DNA from: Planctomycetota bacterium
Lineage (GTDB): Bacteria > Planctomycetota > JAPUJT01
Reading direction: 5' to 3'
DNA: 64,000 nt
Assembly: GCA_027296055.1 (NCBI GenBank)
Contig: JAPUJT010000124.1
Coordinates: forward strand, 2,992-66,991
The translations under genes and the position numbers were made by a program. Each line of letters begins with the position of its first letter. Position 1 is the stretch's first letter. A model generated the notes under the pieces. The model made no database searches, was not told where the DNA came from, and saw nothing but the letters and a program-made list of their open reading frames with translations. Shown piece after piece: positions 19,501 to 28,300 of the stretch.

Positions 19501-22104
19501 GCCCGAGGTGTCGGCCGTCCCCAGCTTGGTGTCGGAGGGCGTGATCTGGATCAGGACGCCCGTGACGAGGGCCGGACCGATGTCGAAGTCTGATTCCCAG
19601 GTGAAGACATGAGCCACGCCTGCGGGGTCCGAAGTGAGCCCGGTCACGCCGTCGCTCGTCCCGCAGGTCGTACATTCCTTGGCGAGGCTCCAGTTCGCCC
19701 CCACGTCCGTGGAGAACTCGACGAGTATGTCGATCGGGGCCATCTCATCGTCGAAGAGCGTGTAGTTGATGTCGATGTTGCTCGACTGGTTTGGCACGGG
19801 GGCTATCGTCACGCTGGGGGGGCTCGTGTTGTCGACGGAGAAGAGGATCGTCTGGGAGACGGAACCCAGGCCGAGGAGGGGGTTGGCATTGTCGCTCGGC
19901 GTGATCCGGAAGATCACGTCATCCTCCTTGAGATCCAGGGCGACGACGTCGATGATCGAATCCCATACGAAGACATGCGGAGTCGGCGGAACTCCTGCGG
20001 AAAGTCCGATCGTGCCCTCACTTCCCTGACCAGGACCCGCGTCGGTGGCCGGGCCGAAGGTCGCCCCTCCGTCGGTGGAGAAATCGGCGACGATCTCCAC
20101 CAGGTCTGTGAGCTCCAGATCCTGCAGGGAATAGTTGATGGCCACGAATCCGAGGTCTTGAGGGCTCGGCGGTGTCCCGACGAAGGCTTCCGGCTCCTGG
20201 TTGTTGTTCACGAAGAACGGGCCGTCCATCGCCCGGGCCGTGCCCGGGCCCGCGGCATCGATCGGGGTCACCAGGAGCTTCACCGACGAGTAGTCCACAC
20301 CCGGAAGATCGACGATCGTGTCCCACACAAAATCGTGGCGCGTTCCCCCCGGGGAGGACGACAGAACGGTCAGGGCCTCGTGAGGAGGGATAGGATTGGC
20401 CGTGGCGGCGGCAAAGGTGGCCCCGTTATCCGTGGAGAATTCCATCGTGGCGTCGAGGTCCAGGCTGGAGTTTTCGAAGAGCAGGTAGGAGACAATGACG
20501 TTCCCTTCCACGACCTGGGCGGGGCTCGGCGAGGCGATGAAGCCCACCGGCCGATCGATGTTGACCACGCGGAAATCGATCGTCTCCGAGAAGCTGCCGC
20601 ACTCCTGAATCCCGATCTCATCGTCGCAGGCCCTCATGCGGATGCGGACCGTGGGGAAGTCAGCGTTGGGGAGGTCCAGGATCGAGTTCCAGGAGAGCTT
20701 CTGCATCAGTGGACTGGGGGGTGCATTCACCGTCACTCCCACCTCGATCGTGGCGGGGAAAAACACCAGGCCACTGTCAGTCGAGTACTCTACATTCAGG
20801 TCGGAGGGATCGTTGGTCGTGTCCGTCAGGGTGAAGGTGATGGTGATGATCCCCTCGTCGTGGAGTCCCGTGATGGGCTCCAGGACGACCGAGGGCGCAT
20901 CGTTGCCGACGACGAAATCGCCTGTCTCGAACCAGGCCCCCATGCCTCCCGCGTCGGATGGCCTCACGCGCACCCGGACGATGGCCGCCACCACCCCGAT
21001 GTCGAGGAGGCTCTGCCAGAATACGGGGTGCGGCACGCCGGTGATGGTGGTGGGGAGGAGGTCGATCACGACGCTGGTCGGAGTGAGGCTCATCGTCGCC
21101 CAGCTCCCACCCATGTCGAGGGAATACTCGAACTCGACGGCGATCAGGTCATTCTGCGAATCGACGAGAAAGAAGTTTATCTGGATCAGATCGTCTTGAC
21201 GCTGGACCGCCTCGATGAAGGCGGAGGGGCTGTCGTTGTTCGTGACCGCGAAGATATTGGTGTCGACCGCCGTCCCGATGTCCGGACCCTGTCCCGTCGG
21301 GTCGTCGCTCGGCGTGAGCTGAAGGACCACCATGTCGAAATTGTTCAGGCCGAGATCGTTCAGGGCATCCCAGGCCAGGGTGTGTGTGATCCCGGCAGGA
21401 TCCGTGGGAAGGTTCGCGACCCCTCCGCCCGTCACCGTCGCCTGAGAGGGGAACGTGAGCCCTCCGTCGAGGCTGTAGAGGACGGCGATGTTCCCCGCGT
21501 CGCTCGTCGAGTCGAGGAGGTCGTAGGTCACGGCGACGAGGTTCGAGGAGTCGGGGACCATGCGGACGTTCTGAAGCATTGGCGCGTCGTTGCCGACGAA
21601 GACGTTCGTCTCGATGACCGGCATCCCGGTCATGCCCTTGGCATCAGTGGGAGTGATCTGGATCCGGACGAGCTGATTGGCCGAGGTCCCTATGTCTGTC
21701 GTCGAGTCCCATACGAAAGTATGGGTGATTCCCGTCGGGTCCGCGGTGAGCATTGCCGTGCCTTCGCTCCCCGCCCCGGGGCCTGCGTCGGTGGCAGGGC
21801 CGAATGGCGTGATGTCATCCGGGGAGAAATCGACGACGATGTCGACGAGATCGCTATTGGCATCCTGGAGCGTATAGGTGATCAGGACGTTTCCGTCCTG
21901 TCGCAGGATCGGGTCCAGGACCAGCAGGGGCGGCACCTCCGGGGAGGGGTCGCCGCCGCTGCTCCCGCCGGAGGAGCTGGCGACGGCAATGGCAACCGCC
22001 GCGATGTACCCGCAGCCGGACCCTGCGAGCAGAAGCACCGTAGCGGCAAGGAGACAGATCTTTTGCGGGCCCATTCGAGAGCCAGGATGTTTCCCGAGGC
22101 GCAT
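10513..22104 (-). CDS. Giant exported repeat protein 1 (~3,863 aa): ~26 Asp-box-containing modules plus a C-terminal NHL propeller region
   Basis: Uninterrupted 11.6-kb ORF. The track start at 22110 is TTG. The first ATG is at 22104, with GGGGA upstream. N-terminus MRLGKHPGSRMGPQKICLLAATVLLLAGSGCGYIAAVAIAVASSSGGSSGG. Tandem ~115-aa modules follow, then ~780 aa of the same NHL repeat type as the downstream 785-aa protein. Confidence 0.9.
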   Translation of the reverse strand: MRLGKHPGSRMGPQKICLLAATVLLLAGSGCGYIAAVAIAVASSSGGSSGGDPSPEVPPLLVLDPILRQDGNVLITYTLQDANSDLVDIVVDFSPDDITPFGPATDAGPGAGSEGTAMLTADPTGITHTFVWDSTTDIGTSANQLVRIQITPTDAKGMTGMPVIETNVFVGNDAPMLQNVRMVPDSSNLVAVTYDLLDSTSDAGNIAVLYSLDGGLTFPSQATVTGGGVANLPTDPAGITHTLAWDALNDLGLNNFDMVVLQLTPSDDPTGQGPDIGTAVDTNIFAVTNNDSPSAFIEAVQRQDDLIQINFFLVDSQNDLIAVEFEYSLDMGGSWATMSLTPTSVVIDLLPTTITGVPHPVFWQSLLDIGVVAAIVRVRVRPSDAGGMGAWFETGDFVVGNDAPSVVLEPITGLHDEGIITITFTLTDTTNDPSDLNVEYSTDSGLVFFPATIEVGVTVNAPPSPLMQKLSWNSILDLPNADFPTVRIRMRACDDEIGIQECGSFSETIDFRVVNIDRPVGFIASPSPAQVVEGNVIVSYLLFENSSLDLDATMEFSTDNGATFAAATANPIPPHEALTVLSSSPGGTRHDFVWDTIVDLPGVDYSSVKLLVTPIDAAGPGTARAMDGPFFVNNNQEPEAFVGTPPSPQDLGFVAINYSLQDLELTDLVEIVADFSTDGGATFGPATDAGPGQGSEGTIGLSAGVPPTPHVFVWDSIIDVVALDLKEDDVIFRITPSDNANPLLGLGSVSQTILFSVDNTSPPSVTIAPVPNQSSNIDINYTLFDDEMAPIDILVEFSTDVGANWSLAKECTTCGTSDGVTGLTSDPAGVAHVFTWESDFDIGPALVTGVLIQITPSDTKLGTADTSGAFEVQNNVPPIALIQTPSGIPSGDVVISYTLSDNNDDVSSITPEFSTDAGVSFQLATEQPGLPSEGTTGLITSGAGVNHVFVWNSSAIADLGLGFEPNVRFRVTPMDSSVGAPADTADFPVNNQNLLPVARIDPIARSLSSDVTITYFLSDGDLDLSDILVEYSIDGGATFSPTPATERTGGASEGISGLTTTQTGTSHTFVWDSAADLLAGAQSNLEIRITPTDGDGTGFSGVSNVFIVGNDAPMATITSPLPLTTQSGLIEFVFTLSDSTTDPVDITPRYSTDAGVTFLPATIAVGGLTSLFAPPGGQSHDFAWNSVIDLGDANLTGVQFEITPIDSIGEMGAPALVTIDINNNNVPISFIGSPAVDDLKSGDIQVSHILIDVDSDAIDITVEYTVDGIIFLSATENPAPPSEGITGLTSSPDGISHIFVWDSATNFTSQDSDQVRIRITPSDPVNVGTPFTSEIFLVNNNLEPSSAISTPTSPQDDLVTVNYTLSDTESDLVDVSILFSTDGGQTFAPATELPGPPSEGITGLTASPAGNPHVFVWDTVLDGVAISLAENDVILRVVPQDNTNPTLGLGTLAQTDIFTVDNTTVPSVVVVDPPSPQTGDPVIDYTLTDVESALQTIVVEYSTDGSNYFPAKECTTCTAPVSDGVTNLTSSPGGTTHVFRWEASTDLGPARTTGVTIRITTMDTKTSPPDVTLAFEVDNNDPPSAFVTTPPGSPSGDIVVSYALTDTHSDMATIMADYSTDGGLNFFMATERPGLPSEGLGPHITSTGGINHIFVWDSVADVGFGFFPSVVFRITPLDTSMGIPSDSGVFSVSNQTFIPGVALDPIARSFVDDVTMTYRLFDGDSDAVDILVEWRQGGSPNPWMLATDAGPGAGSDGVTGLSSDPTGAPHTFVWDTFADLLTSLVAEPDLEIRITPTDPDGTGNTEVSNVFIRGNDAPVLTITDPAPLSIQSGLIEFTYDLVDSTSDLVDLVAEYSTDGVIFLPASISVGETADITSAPTPGLSHDLAWNSIADLGIVNLTGVTFRLTPSDTTGGLDSDVVIDIDNNDLPISFIGAPAISDLEAGDVQVSHILIDGNSDPIDIMVEYSTDGATYLTATENPIPPSEGITGLTSSPDGVEHIFLWDSAANLASLDSDTATLRITPDDGKNPGVVFTTADFLVNNNVEPTATISTPSGSQDLDITINYVLFDAESDAVDIDVFYSTDGSNFFSATEQTGPPSEGVTGLSASPAGDPHVFVWDTSMLSGDDVGRLLEETAVLFRIVPRDNPNLTLGLGTRAQTDFFTVDNTVPPGITIDPIASPGVGNITITYSLRDTESELQNILVEFDTGSGPLPATEGPGSDGTTGLTASPAGIAHTFVWDSFADLGPAFVQMVTITITPSDTKIGTADTSNLFDVDNNDAPVATIDTPLGQQAGDIVISYSLSDSNSDPADITVRYSTDGGSNWAAATEGGPPSQGVTALTTSTGGITHLFVWDSITDVAYAGPFNMTRIEITPADSDVGLAVATTNFRLNNPSLLPLADIAPVPRSFTDDVTINYRLFDGDADDSDIAVDWSTDNGVMFVTATEGVGGDGKMGLPAGPGGVAHTFVWDSATDLGAAAAVVDILIRITPTDNDGLGTEDTSNKFIRGNDAPSVTITAPPAGSSRSGLIRIGFNLTDSTSDLVNVAARFSTDAGGTFTVATIQVGGRLDLTSSPTGISHSFAWNSIADVGIVNLVDVIFELTPSDTDTGGVQTVTFDVDNNDLPIVFIGSPASADERADDVDIEYVLIDGNSDTISITVEYSTGGIFSVATEGPNPPSEGLTLLTSSPDGIGHLFVWDSRFDLGANDSDTVTFRITPDDGQNTGVAFTTPDFLVNNNDEPEVTSIDPLGPGAETGLITIDYVLADAESDNTNLRVEYSTDGGFVFATATGGAGSDGILGLTTSPGGTTHVFVWDSDVDLAGILETTVVVRISPSDNANPTLGAGPPNQTTVFEVDNTSPPSVTISMITSPSSGDITVNYTLTDAESDLQDIVVEYDVGGGPVPATEGAGSDGVTGLTSSPGGTAHVFVWESVTDLGRDFVPNVTITITPMDTKLGIPDTSNMFDVDNNQAPVVQIFNISGVQSGDVYVSYRIRDSFSHLVDLVIEYSIGGGTPVTATESTAPPAEGKVMLTSGPLGEEVGHLFIWDTFADLSSTISTDVEIQITPTDQHGAVGALAASNPFSVDNSISAELVLGHDSFLQGGVDGRGIDPEELEKGTSRGDADIGGSQLFVSDPANHRVLIFDSVPGSDFQTADVVVGQKDFSVNVENFQGPSASSLNNPMGVYSDGTGLYVCDTDNHRVLIWDAIPTSNNVPADHVLGQLNFMDNMPDMGGGPDQDTLDTPLGIYGDADQIFVSDANNHRIMIWNIPAGTPPAWTDGQMADHVLGQANFTSEMANRGGGTNGNTLNSPRGIFTDGTTLIVADTTNHRVLWWTIPGGTPPAWADGQAADGLLGKAAFTSPAIPNGDFNPTACAGDGNSAGRSRRSLNFPQDVFLDTGHTYIADGGNHRVVILNQNPPPSTDITFDDGCADAVLGQINGRQGIANSGGLSSTSLRLPLGVASTGTELLVFDHDNSRVKIHDTIPTGDNDPAQIVYGQRNFTSNFPNHARIDPRSFRRPGGVDSDGSQLFVADSRNNRVLVWSTIPNVNNKNADLVLGQSDFSSILPAGGTKGHRNPTDVAYDTGGDRLFVADSANNRVTVYNGPFNTDMDQSIWLGQPDSVGVGAGLAANRMDDPAGLSWQSSGGGFLWVVDRGNHRVLRFSDANIVTNGSADIAVGQPNLVSGSPDHGNNDGTRGLRNPNDVVSNGTQLLVVDRDNHRVMIWDPLPDPLVDMDPAVSLVLGQADTTIPGVAATSVTGMSRPLGVESDTAGIETVVMVTDGDNNRIMIWDQFPVASGEAADRLIGQPSFDDSLPNNGGVSEVSLFIGKGILSENCSLSLVPGAADLLWVNDQRNNRVLRYDVTP
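12850..21948 (-). repeat. Coding tandem array of ~26 modules (~350 nt each) with a six-module (~2.1 kb) super-repeat
   Basis: Recurrent motif (I/V).Y.L.D..SD..D(I/V).VE(Y/F)STDGG.T(F/W)..AT...SEG.TGLTSSP.G..H.FVWDS..D...(I/V)R(I/V)TP.D...F.V.NND.P. Landmark codons for 'ISFIG/IVFIG' recur at 14222, 16304 and 18412. Confidence 0.85.
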
Positions 22105-22207
22105 CACCAATCCCCTAGAAGCGCCGTTACGGAAGGCACGAAAGGCCCTCTGTGGCGGGCGGCAGCGAAATTATCGAAGAAAGGAAAACCTAGCCCCCAG
22201 GCGAGTC

Positions 22208-22237
22208 ATTGTAGGCCCTCGGACGGGCGTTCGTCAA
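22208..22237 (-). promoter_or_regulatory. Candidate sigma70-type promoter of giant gene 1
   Basis: Minus strand: TTGACG (22237-22232), 18-nt spacer, TACAAT (22213-22208), ~100 nt upstream of the ATG at 22104. A 12-bp direct repeat CGAACGCCCGTC overlaps the -35/spacer and recurs 25 bp upstream. Confidence 0.45.
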
Positions 22238-22309
22238 CGGCGGAGAGACGGGCGTTCGGGTTCGGCGCAGCACAGGGCGGGTCAACGAGTTGGATCGGAG
22301 GCGCGGCCG

Positions 22310-25300
22310 TCAGAATCGCCGGATGCGGTCGTTACCCGAATCCACGAAATAGACGACGCCCGTGGCGTCCACGTCGATACCGTTCGGCGAGACCATGAGC
22401 GCCGAGACGGCCGGTCCGCCGTCCCCGCCGAAGGCCGCCCCGCCGGTCCCCGCGATCGTCGTGATGATGTCCGGTGTCAACGAGACGTCGATGACTCGCA
22501 CCCTGTGATTGTCCAAGTCGGAGACGTAAATGTTGTCAGACGTGTCCACCGCCAGGCCGAAGGGACGGTTGAGCATCGCGGCCAGGGCGTCACCCCCGTC
22601 GCCGGAGTACCCTGCCGTGCCCGTGCCGGCGAACGTGTCGATGTCCAGGAGAAGGTCGACGACCCGGATCACGTGGTTGCTCGAGTCGGCGATGTAGATG
22701 AAGCCGCCGCTGTCCACAACGACGTCAGTGGGGAACGTCATCGTCGCCATGTCCGCCGGGCCACCGTCTCCCGTGTACCCCGAGGTCGCAGGGGTCCCTG
22801 CCCAGGTATCGATGATGCCGCTCGTATCGACGATGCGGACGATATGGTTTTCGGTGTCCGCGATGTAGGCGTTCCCCGAGGCGTCGAAGGTGATCCCGTT
22901 GGGCCGATTGAGCTCTGCGGCGGTGGCCAGCCCGAGGTCTCCACTGAACCCTCCTGCCGTCGTGCAGCCCACGCCAATACCTGCGAATGTCGAGATCGAG
23001 TCGGCCACCAGATCGACCACGCGGATTCGATTGTGCCCCCAATCGGCAACGTAGATGAGGCCGCCGGCCTCATCGAGGAATAGCTGCCTCGGCAGCGTGA
23101 TGGTGAAGTCTGTGGCGGGAGAGCCATCTCCGCTCCAGCTGCATCCCCCGTTTCCCGCCACCGTCGTGATCAGGCCGGTCTGGGCATCCACAAGACGGAT
23201 TCTCCCATCCGTCGTCACGTAGACGTTTCCGGCGGAGTCCACCGCCACGCCGTTGATGTTGCTGTGCACCTGCGAGATCGCGGGGACATCGTTCTGGAAG
23301 AGAGTGCCTCCTGTCCCCGCAACGGTGTTGATGATCAGGCCGGAATCGACCGTCCGGATCCTCCCGTTGGTAGCGATGTGGATATTTCCGAGGGGATCGG
23401 TCGCCACACCCCAGTTGCTGCCGGTGCCGGCCAAGAGGGCGGGCCCGCCGTCGCCCGAGAAGGTGGCGGAGCCGGTGCCGGCGAAGTTGTTTATGATCCC
23501 CCCCGTGTCCACGATCCGGGTCCGGTTGGCGCCCCGGTTGACGATGTAGAGGTTGTCCATCGTGTCGATGGCGAGTCCCCATGGGTTGGCCAGGCCCGCG
23601 GCCGTGGCGAGCCCTCCATCCCCCATGGCGTTGTCCATCCCGTTGCCGGCGTAGGTGTCGATATTCCCGCTTGCACGGTCCACCCAGCGGATGCGGAAGT
23701 TCTTGCTGTCGCTGATGAAGACATCGTCGAGGGAATCGATCGCCAGATACATCGGCTCGTCCAGCTGGGCCGATACGGCCAGCCCGAGGTCCCCCATGAA
23801 CCCCGGCGCCCCTGTGCCCGCGAAGGCCCGGATGAATCCTGTCGAATCCACACGTCGCACGCGGTGGTAAAGCGCTCCCTGCCACTCGGAGATGAATATG
23901 TCTCCGTTCGAGTCGACCGCCACGTCCCGGGGACTACGGAGACGAGCGTCCGTTGCCAGGATGTCGTCGTTCGGGTCCGTGCCTCCGCCCGCGACCGTGG
24001 TGATGATCTCCGTGATGGCGTCCACGCGGCGGATCTTGTTGTTGTTCAGGTCCGCGATGTAGAGGTTTCGATTGGCGTCGACGGCGATGCCCTCCGGCTG
24101 GCGGAGCGATGCGAGGTACGCGGGACCACCGTCGCCCATGTCCCGCTGAGCCCCGTTCCCGGCGATGGTCCGGATCTGTCCCGTGAAGGCATCGACGTGG
24201 CGGACCCGTGCCCTGATAAACTCGGTGAAATATATGTTTCCAAACGAATCGGCCGCCACGTCACGGGCGAAGATGAGGGCGTCCAGGGCGTCGCCTTCGT
24301 CACCGTTGCCCGCGCCCGAGATCGTGGCGATCACCCGGTTGTCGAGTCGGAAGCTTCCGGTGGCCCCGGGGGTGCCGACGCTGCCCGTGGGTTGCTCCGT
24401 CGGCTGCACCAGAAGGACGACGTCGGTGTAGTTGGCCCTGCCCAGATCGAAGAAGGCACTCCATACGAAGATATGGCCTTCCCCGGCGGCGGAGGTCGAT
24501 AGCCCCAGGAGTCCTTCGCTGGGAAGGCCCTCCGCTTCCGTCGCGGCCATGAACGGCCCGGCGGAGCCGTTGGTGGAGTAGCTCACCGTGACGTCGGCCA
24601 GGTCTAGGTTGGAGTCGATCAGGCGATAGCTCAAGGTCACGCGGTCGAACAGGATTCCCGGCGCCACGTTCGCGGAGGCGGTCACCGGCGTGTTGTTCAC
24701 GACGAACGGGCCATAGGATGTCGGTGCCGGATCCTCCTTGGAGTCGGTGGCGATGATCGCGATGTGGACCGTGGCGAAGTAGCCCGACAGATCCACCTCC
24801 GATATCCAGCCTATCTGGTGGACGGTTCCCACTCCGGGGGAGGTCGTGAGGTCTTCCGTGCCGTCGCCTATCGACGCGTCGACCGTAGCATCCGACCATC
24901 CCGAGATCGGCCCCACGCCGGTCGTGGAGTACTTCAGCTGGATGCTAGAAAGATTGCTCTCGAGATCGATGATCCTGTAGTCGATGGTGAGGTTCCTGTG
25001 GACGTCATCCGGGGGAGCCATCTTCCCCGTGGGCGAGGTGACGTTGTCGATGGTGGCCGTGGGGGCCAGTGTGTTGTCCACCACGAAGACACCCGTCCGA
25101 CCCGGAGTTCCAACCCCGAGAATCGCCAGGACGTTGTCCTCCGGCGTCAAGCGTACGTCGACGCTCGTCTCCCGTTTTCCGGGTAGATCCACGTCGGTTT
25201 CCCAGACGAAGTCGTGGGATGTTCCGCCTGGAGAAGTGGACAGCGCCGTCGTCCCATGGCTACCGAAAAGGATGCCCGCATCTTTAGCTAAAATGAAAGA

Positions 25301-28300
25301 CTGACCCGCGTCGGTCGAATACTCGACGACCAGGTCGGTCGGATTGGACTCCGCATCACCGAGGCTGTACGTGATCAGGATATTGCCCGACTGATCGCCC
25401 GGAGGAAACGGGTTGATCGTGACGATCGAGGGCTCCTGGTTGTTGTTGACGAGGAAGTCCGGGGTCGTGAACGGGACCCCGTCGTTCTGTCCGTCGTTCG
25501 GCGTGATCCGGAGTGTGACCATGGACGAGTCGGCGGAGATGAGGTTCGCCGCGGAGTTCCATACGAAGGTGTGCGAGATGCCGGCGGGGGAGGATGTGAG
25601 ACCAGCGATCCCCTCGCTGGGGAGGCCCGTCCTCTCCGTTGCGGTGAAGTAGTCCGTGCCGTTGGTCGAGTAATCGACGGTGATGTCGATGGCATCGCTG
25701 TTGCCATCGATGAGTATGTGCGTGACCTGAACATCCCCCGCCTCGAAGCTCCCCTCGGCCGGTGCCCCGATGAACGATATCGGCAGGTCGTTGTTGGAGA
25801 TGTCGATGACCACCGAGCCTGGGGTGCCGTCCGGGGGAGGGAAGTCCCTAGGGGTGAGGCGGAAGGTGACCCCGGTGAAGTTACCCATCCCGAGGTCGCT
25901 GATCGAGTTCCAGGCCAGGCTGTGAGGAGTCCCCCCCGGAGACGACGTGAGATTGCTGATCTCTCCGACGGTGATCATCGCGGGGCTGAAGGTGATCCCG
26001 TCGGTGGAGTACTCCGCGATGAGGCTCACGAGGTCGCTCGTCGAGTCGAACAGGTTATACGAGACCTCGATCAGTCCGGAGACCATGTCGGCCGCGACGG
26101 GCGAGATTATGGTGAGCGATGGGACATCGTTTCCGCGTATGAAGAGGTTGGAGATGTCGGAGGTCCCCAATCCGTCCGGGTCCATCGGGATGATCTCGAT
26201 CTCGAGATCCGCCTGGGCGCCCGGAGGCAGATCCGTCGACGTGTCCCACACGAACGTGTGCCCGATCCCACCCGCCGAAGTGAGCAGGCCGGTGACGCCA
26301 TCGCCCCCCGCGCCCGCCATTGCCGGCAGGAACGGCCCCACTCCCCCTTGTCGCCAGCCGACGGTGATGTCCGCCGGATCGGCGTCGCCGTCGGACAGCG
26401 TATAAGTGATCGTGACATCCGTCCCGAAGGCACGCGCCACCGTGTCGATCCGGACCACCGGTCGAAGGATGGCGTTGTCCAGGACGAAGGCGGCCGTTAC
26501 GACCGCGAGGCCGGTCGCCGCGTCCGACGCGGTGATCTCGATCAGAGTCTGGTTCGAGGGACCGACATAGCCGATGTTGCCTATGCTGTCCCATACAAAG
26601 ATGTGGGGGATTCCGGAGGGGCTGGTCGTGAGACCGGTCGTTCCCTCGCTGGGCGGGCCCGTCTGCTCCATCGCCACCGCCCAGATCAGGCCGTTATCGG
26701 TCGTCGAGTACCTCACCTGGATGCTGGCCGCGTCCGAGTTCGTGTCCGTCAGGGTGTACGAGATGGTGACGTCTCCCGACTGCAAGCCGCCGGGCGTCAC
26801 GATCGCCGTCACGGGGGCGTCGTTGTTGTTCACGACGAAAGCGTTCGAGGTATCCGACGTCCCGAGCTTCGTATCCCTTGGAGTGATCCGGATCGTCACC
26901 CCCGTCACGAAGGCGGGGCCGAGATCGGTCTGGGATGACCAAAGGAACAGATGTGCTACCCCGGCGGGAGTCGAGGCGAGTCCAGAAATCCCGTCACTCG
27001 GCGAGCCTTCCGTGGCGGAGATGAATCCGCTGCCCGCGTCGTACTCGACGAGAATGTCCAGCGGGTCGCTCTCCGCATCGGTCAGGGTGTATCCGATCAG
27101 GATGTTTCCCGAAGATGGGTCCGGGATCGCGTTGATCGCGACGGAGGGGGCCGTCGTGTTATCCACGGTGAAGAAGTCGGTCTGCGTTCGAGTCCCCTCG
27201 CCAAGGGCGAGGACGGGATTGTCACGCGGCACGATCCGGATGAGCACCGTGTCGTCCGCCGCCGCGACCCCGATCATGTCGCCGGTCGAGCCCGTGTTCC
27301 AGACGAAGACGTGCGCCACTCCGACGGGGGTGGAGGAGAGGCCCGTCACCCCCTCACTCGGAAGCCCGGCACGCTCCGTCGCCGGAAAGAAAGCGACGCC
27401 GTCCGTCGAGTAGAGGACATCGATATCCACGAGGTTCCCCTCGGGATCGAAGAGGACGTAGTTGATCGTCACGTCGCCTACCTGTGAGCCCGAAGGGGTC
27501 GTGATCGTCGCCGATGGTTCCTGGTTGTTATTCACCAGAAAGTTCGCCGTCGTGGTGGGGAGCCCCGGATTCTGGGGATCGGTCGGGGTGATCTGGAACG
27601 TCACCGTGTCCGAGTCGATCGTGTTCAGGTTCGTCCCCGAGGCCCAGACGAATATGTGACTGTCCCCCCCGGGCGACGAGGAGAGCCCCGTCGTACCCTC
27701 GCTGGGGAGGCCTGTTCGCTCCGTCGCGTCGAGGTAAGTGCTCCCATCGGTCGAGTATTTTACCGCCGTCGTGATCGTGTCGGAGTTCCCGTCGATCAAT
27801 ATGTAGGAGACGGTGACATCCCCGCTTCGTAGATCCCCTGCCACCGGTGCGCCGATGAAGGCCACCGGGAGGTTGTTATTCTCGACATCGAAGGTGGCCA
27901 CGTCGGGCAGACCGGTTCGCGGTTCGTCGTCCGTCGGCGTGATCCTGAACTGCACCGCCGTGAAGTTCCCTATGCCCAGGTCCGCCACCGAGTTCCAGGC
28001 GAACGAGTGAGACGTCCCCAGCGGGTCGGATGGCAGGTTGGTCTTTCCCCCCACCTGGATCGTCGCCCCGAACCAGTCCACGCCAGCGTTCGTCGAGTAG
28101 TCGGCCGCCACGTCTATCGGGTCGCTGGTCGAGTCGAATAGACTGAATTCGACCGGGATCAGACTGCCCACGATGCCTCCCGCCGGACTCGTGATCGTGA
28201 CCATCGGGTCGTCGTTCCCCACCACGAAGACATTGGAACTGTCATCGATCCCGGTGCCGTCGATGTCCGACGGCGCGATACGAACCTGGATGCCCCCCTG

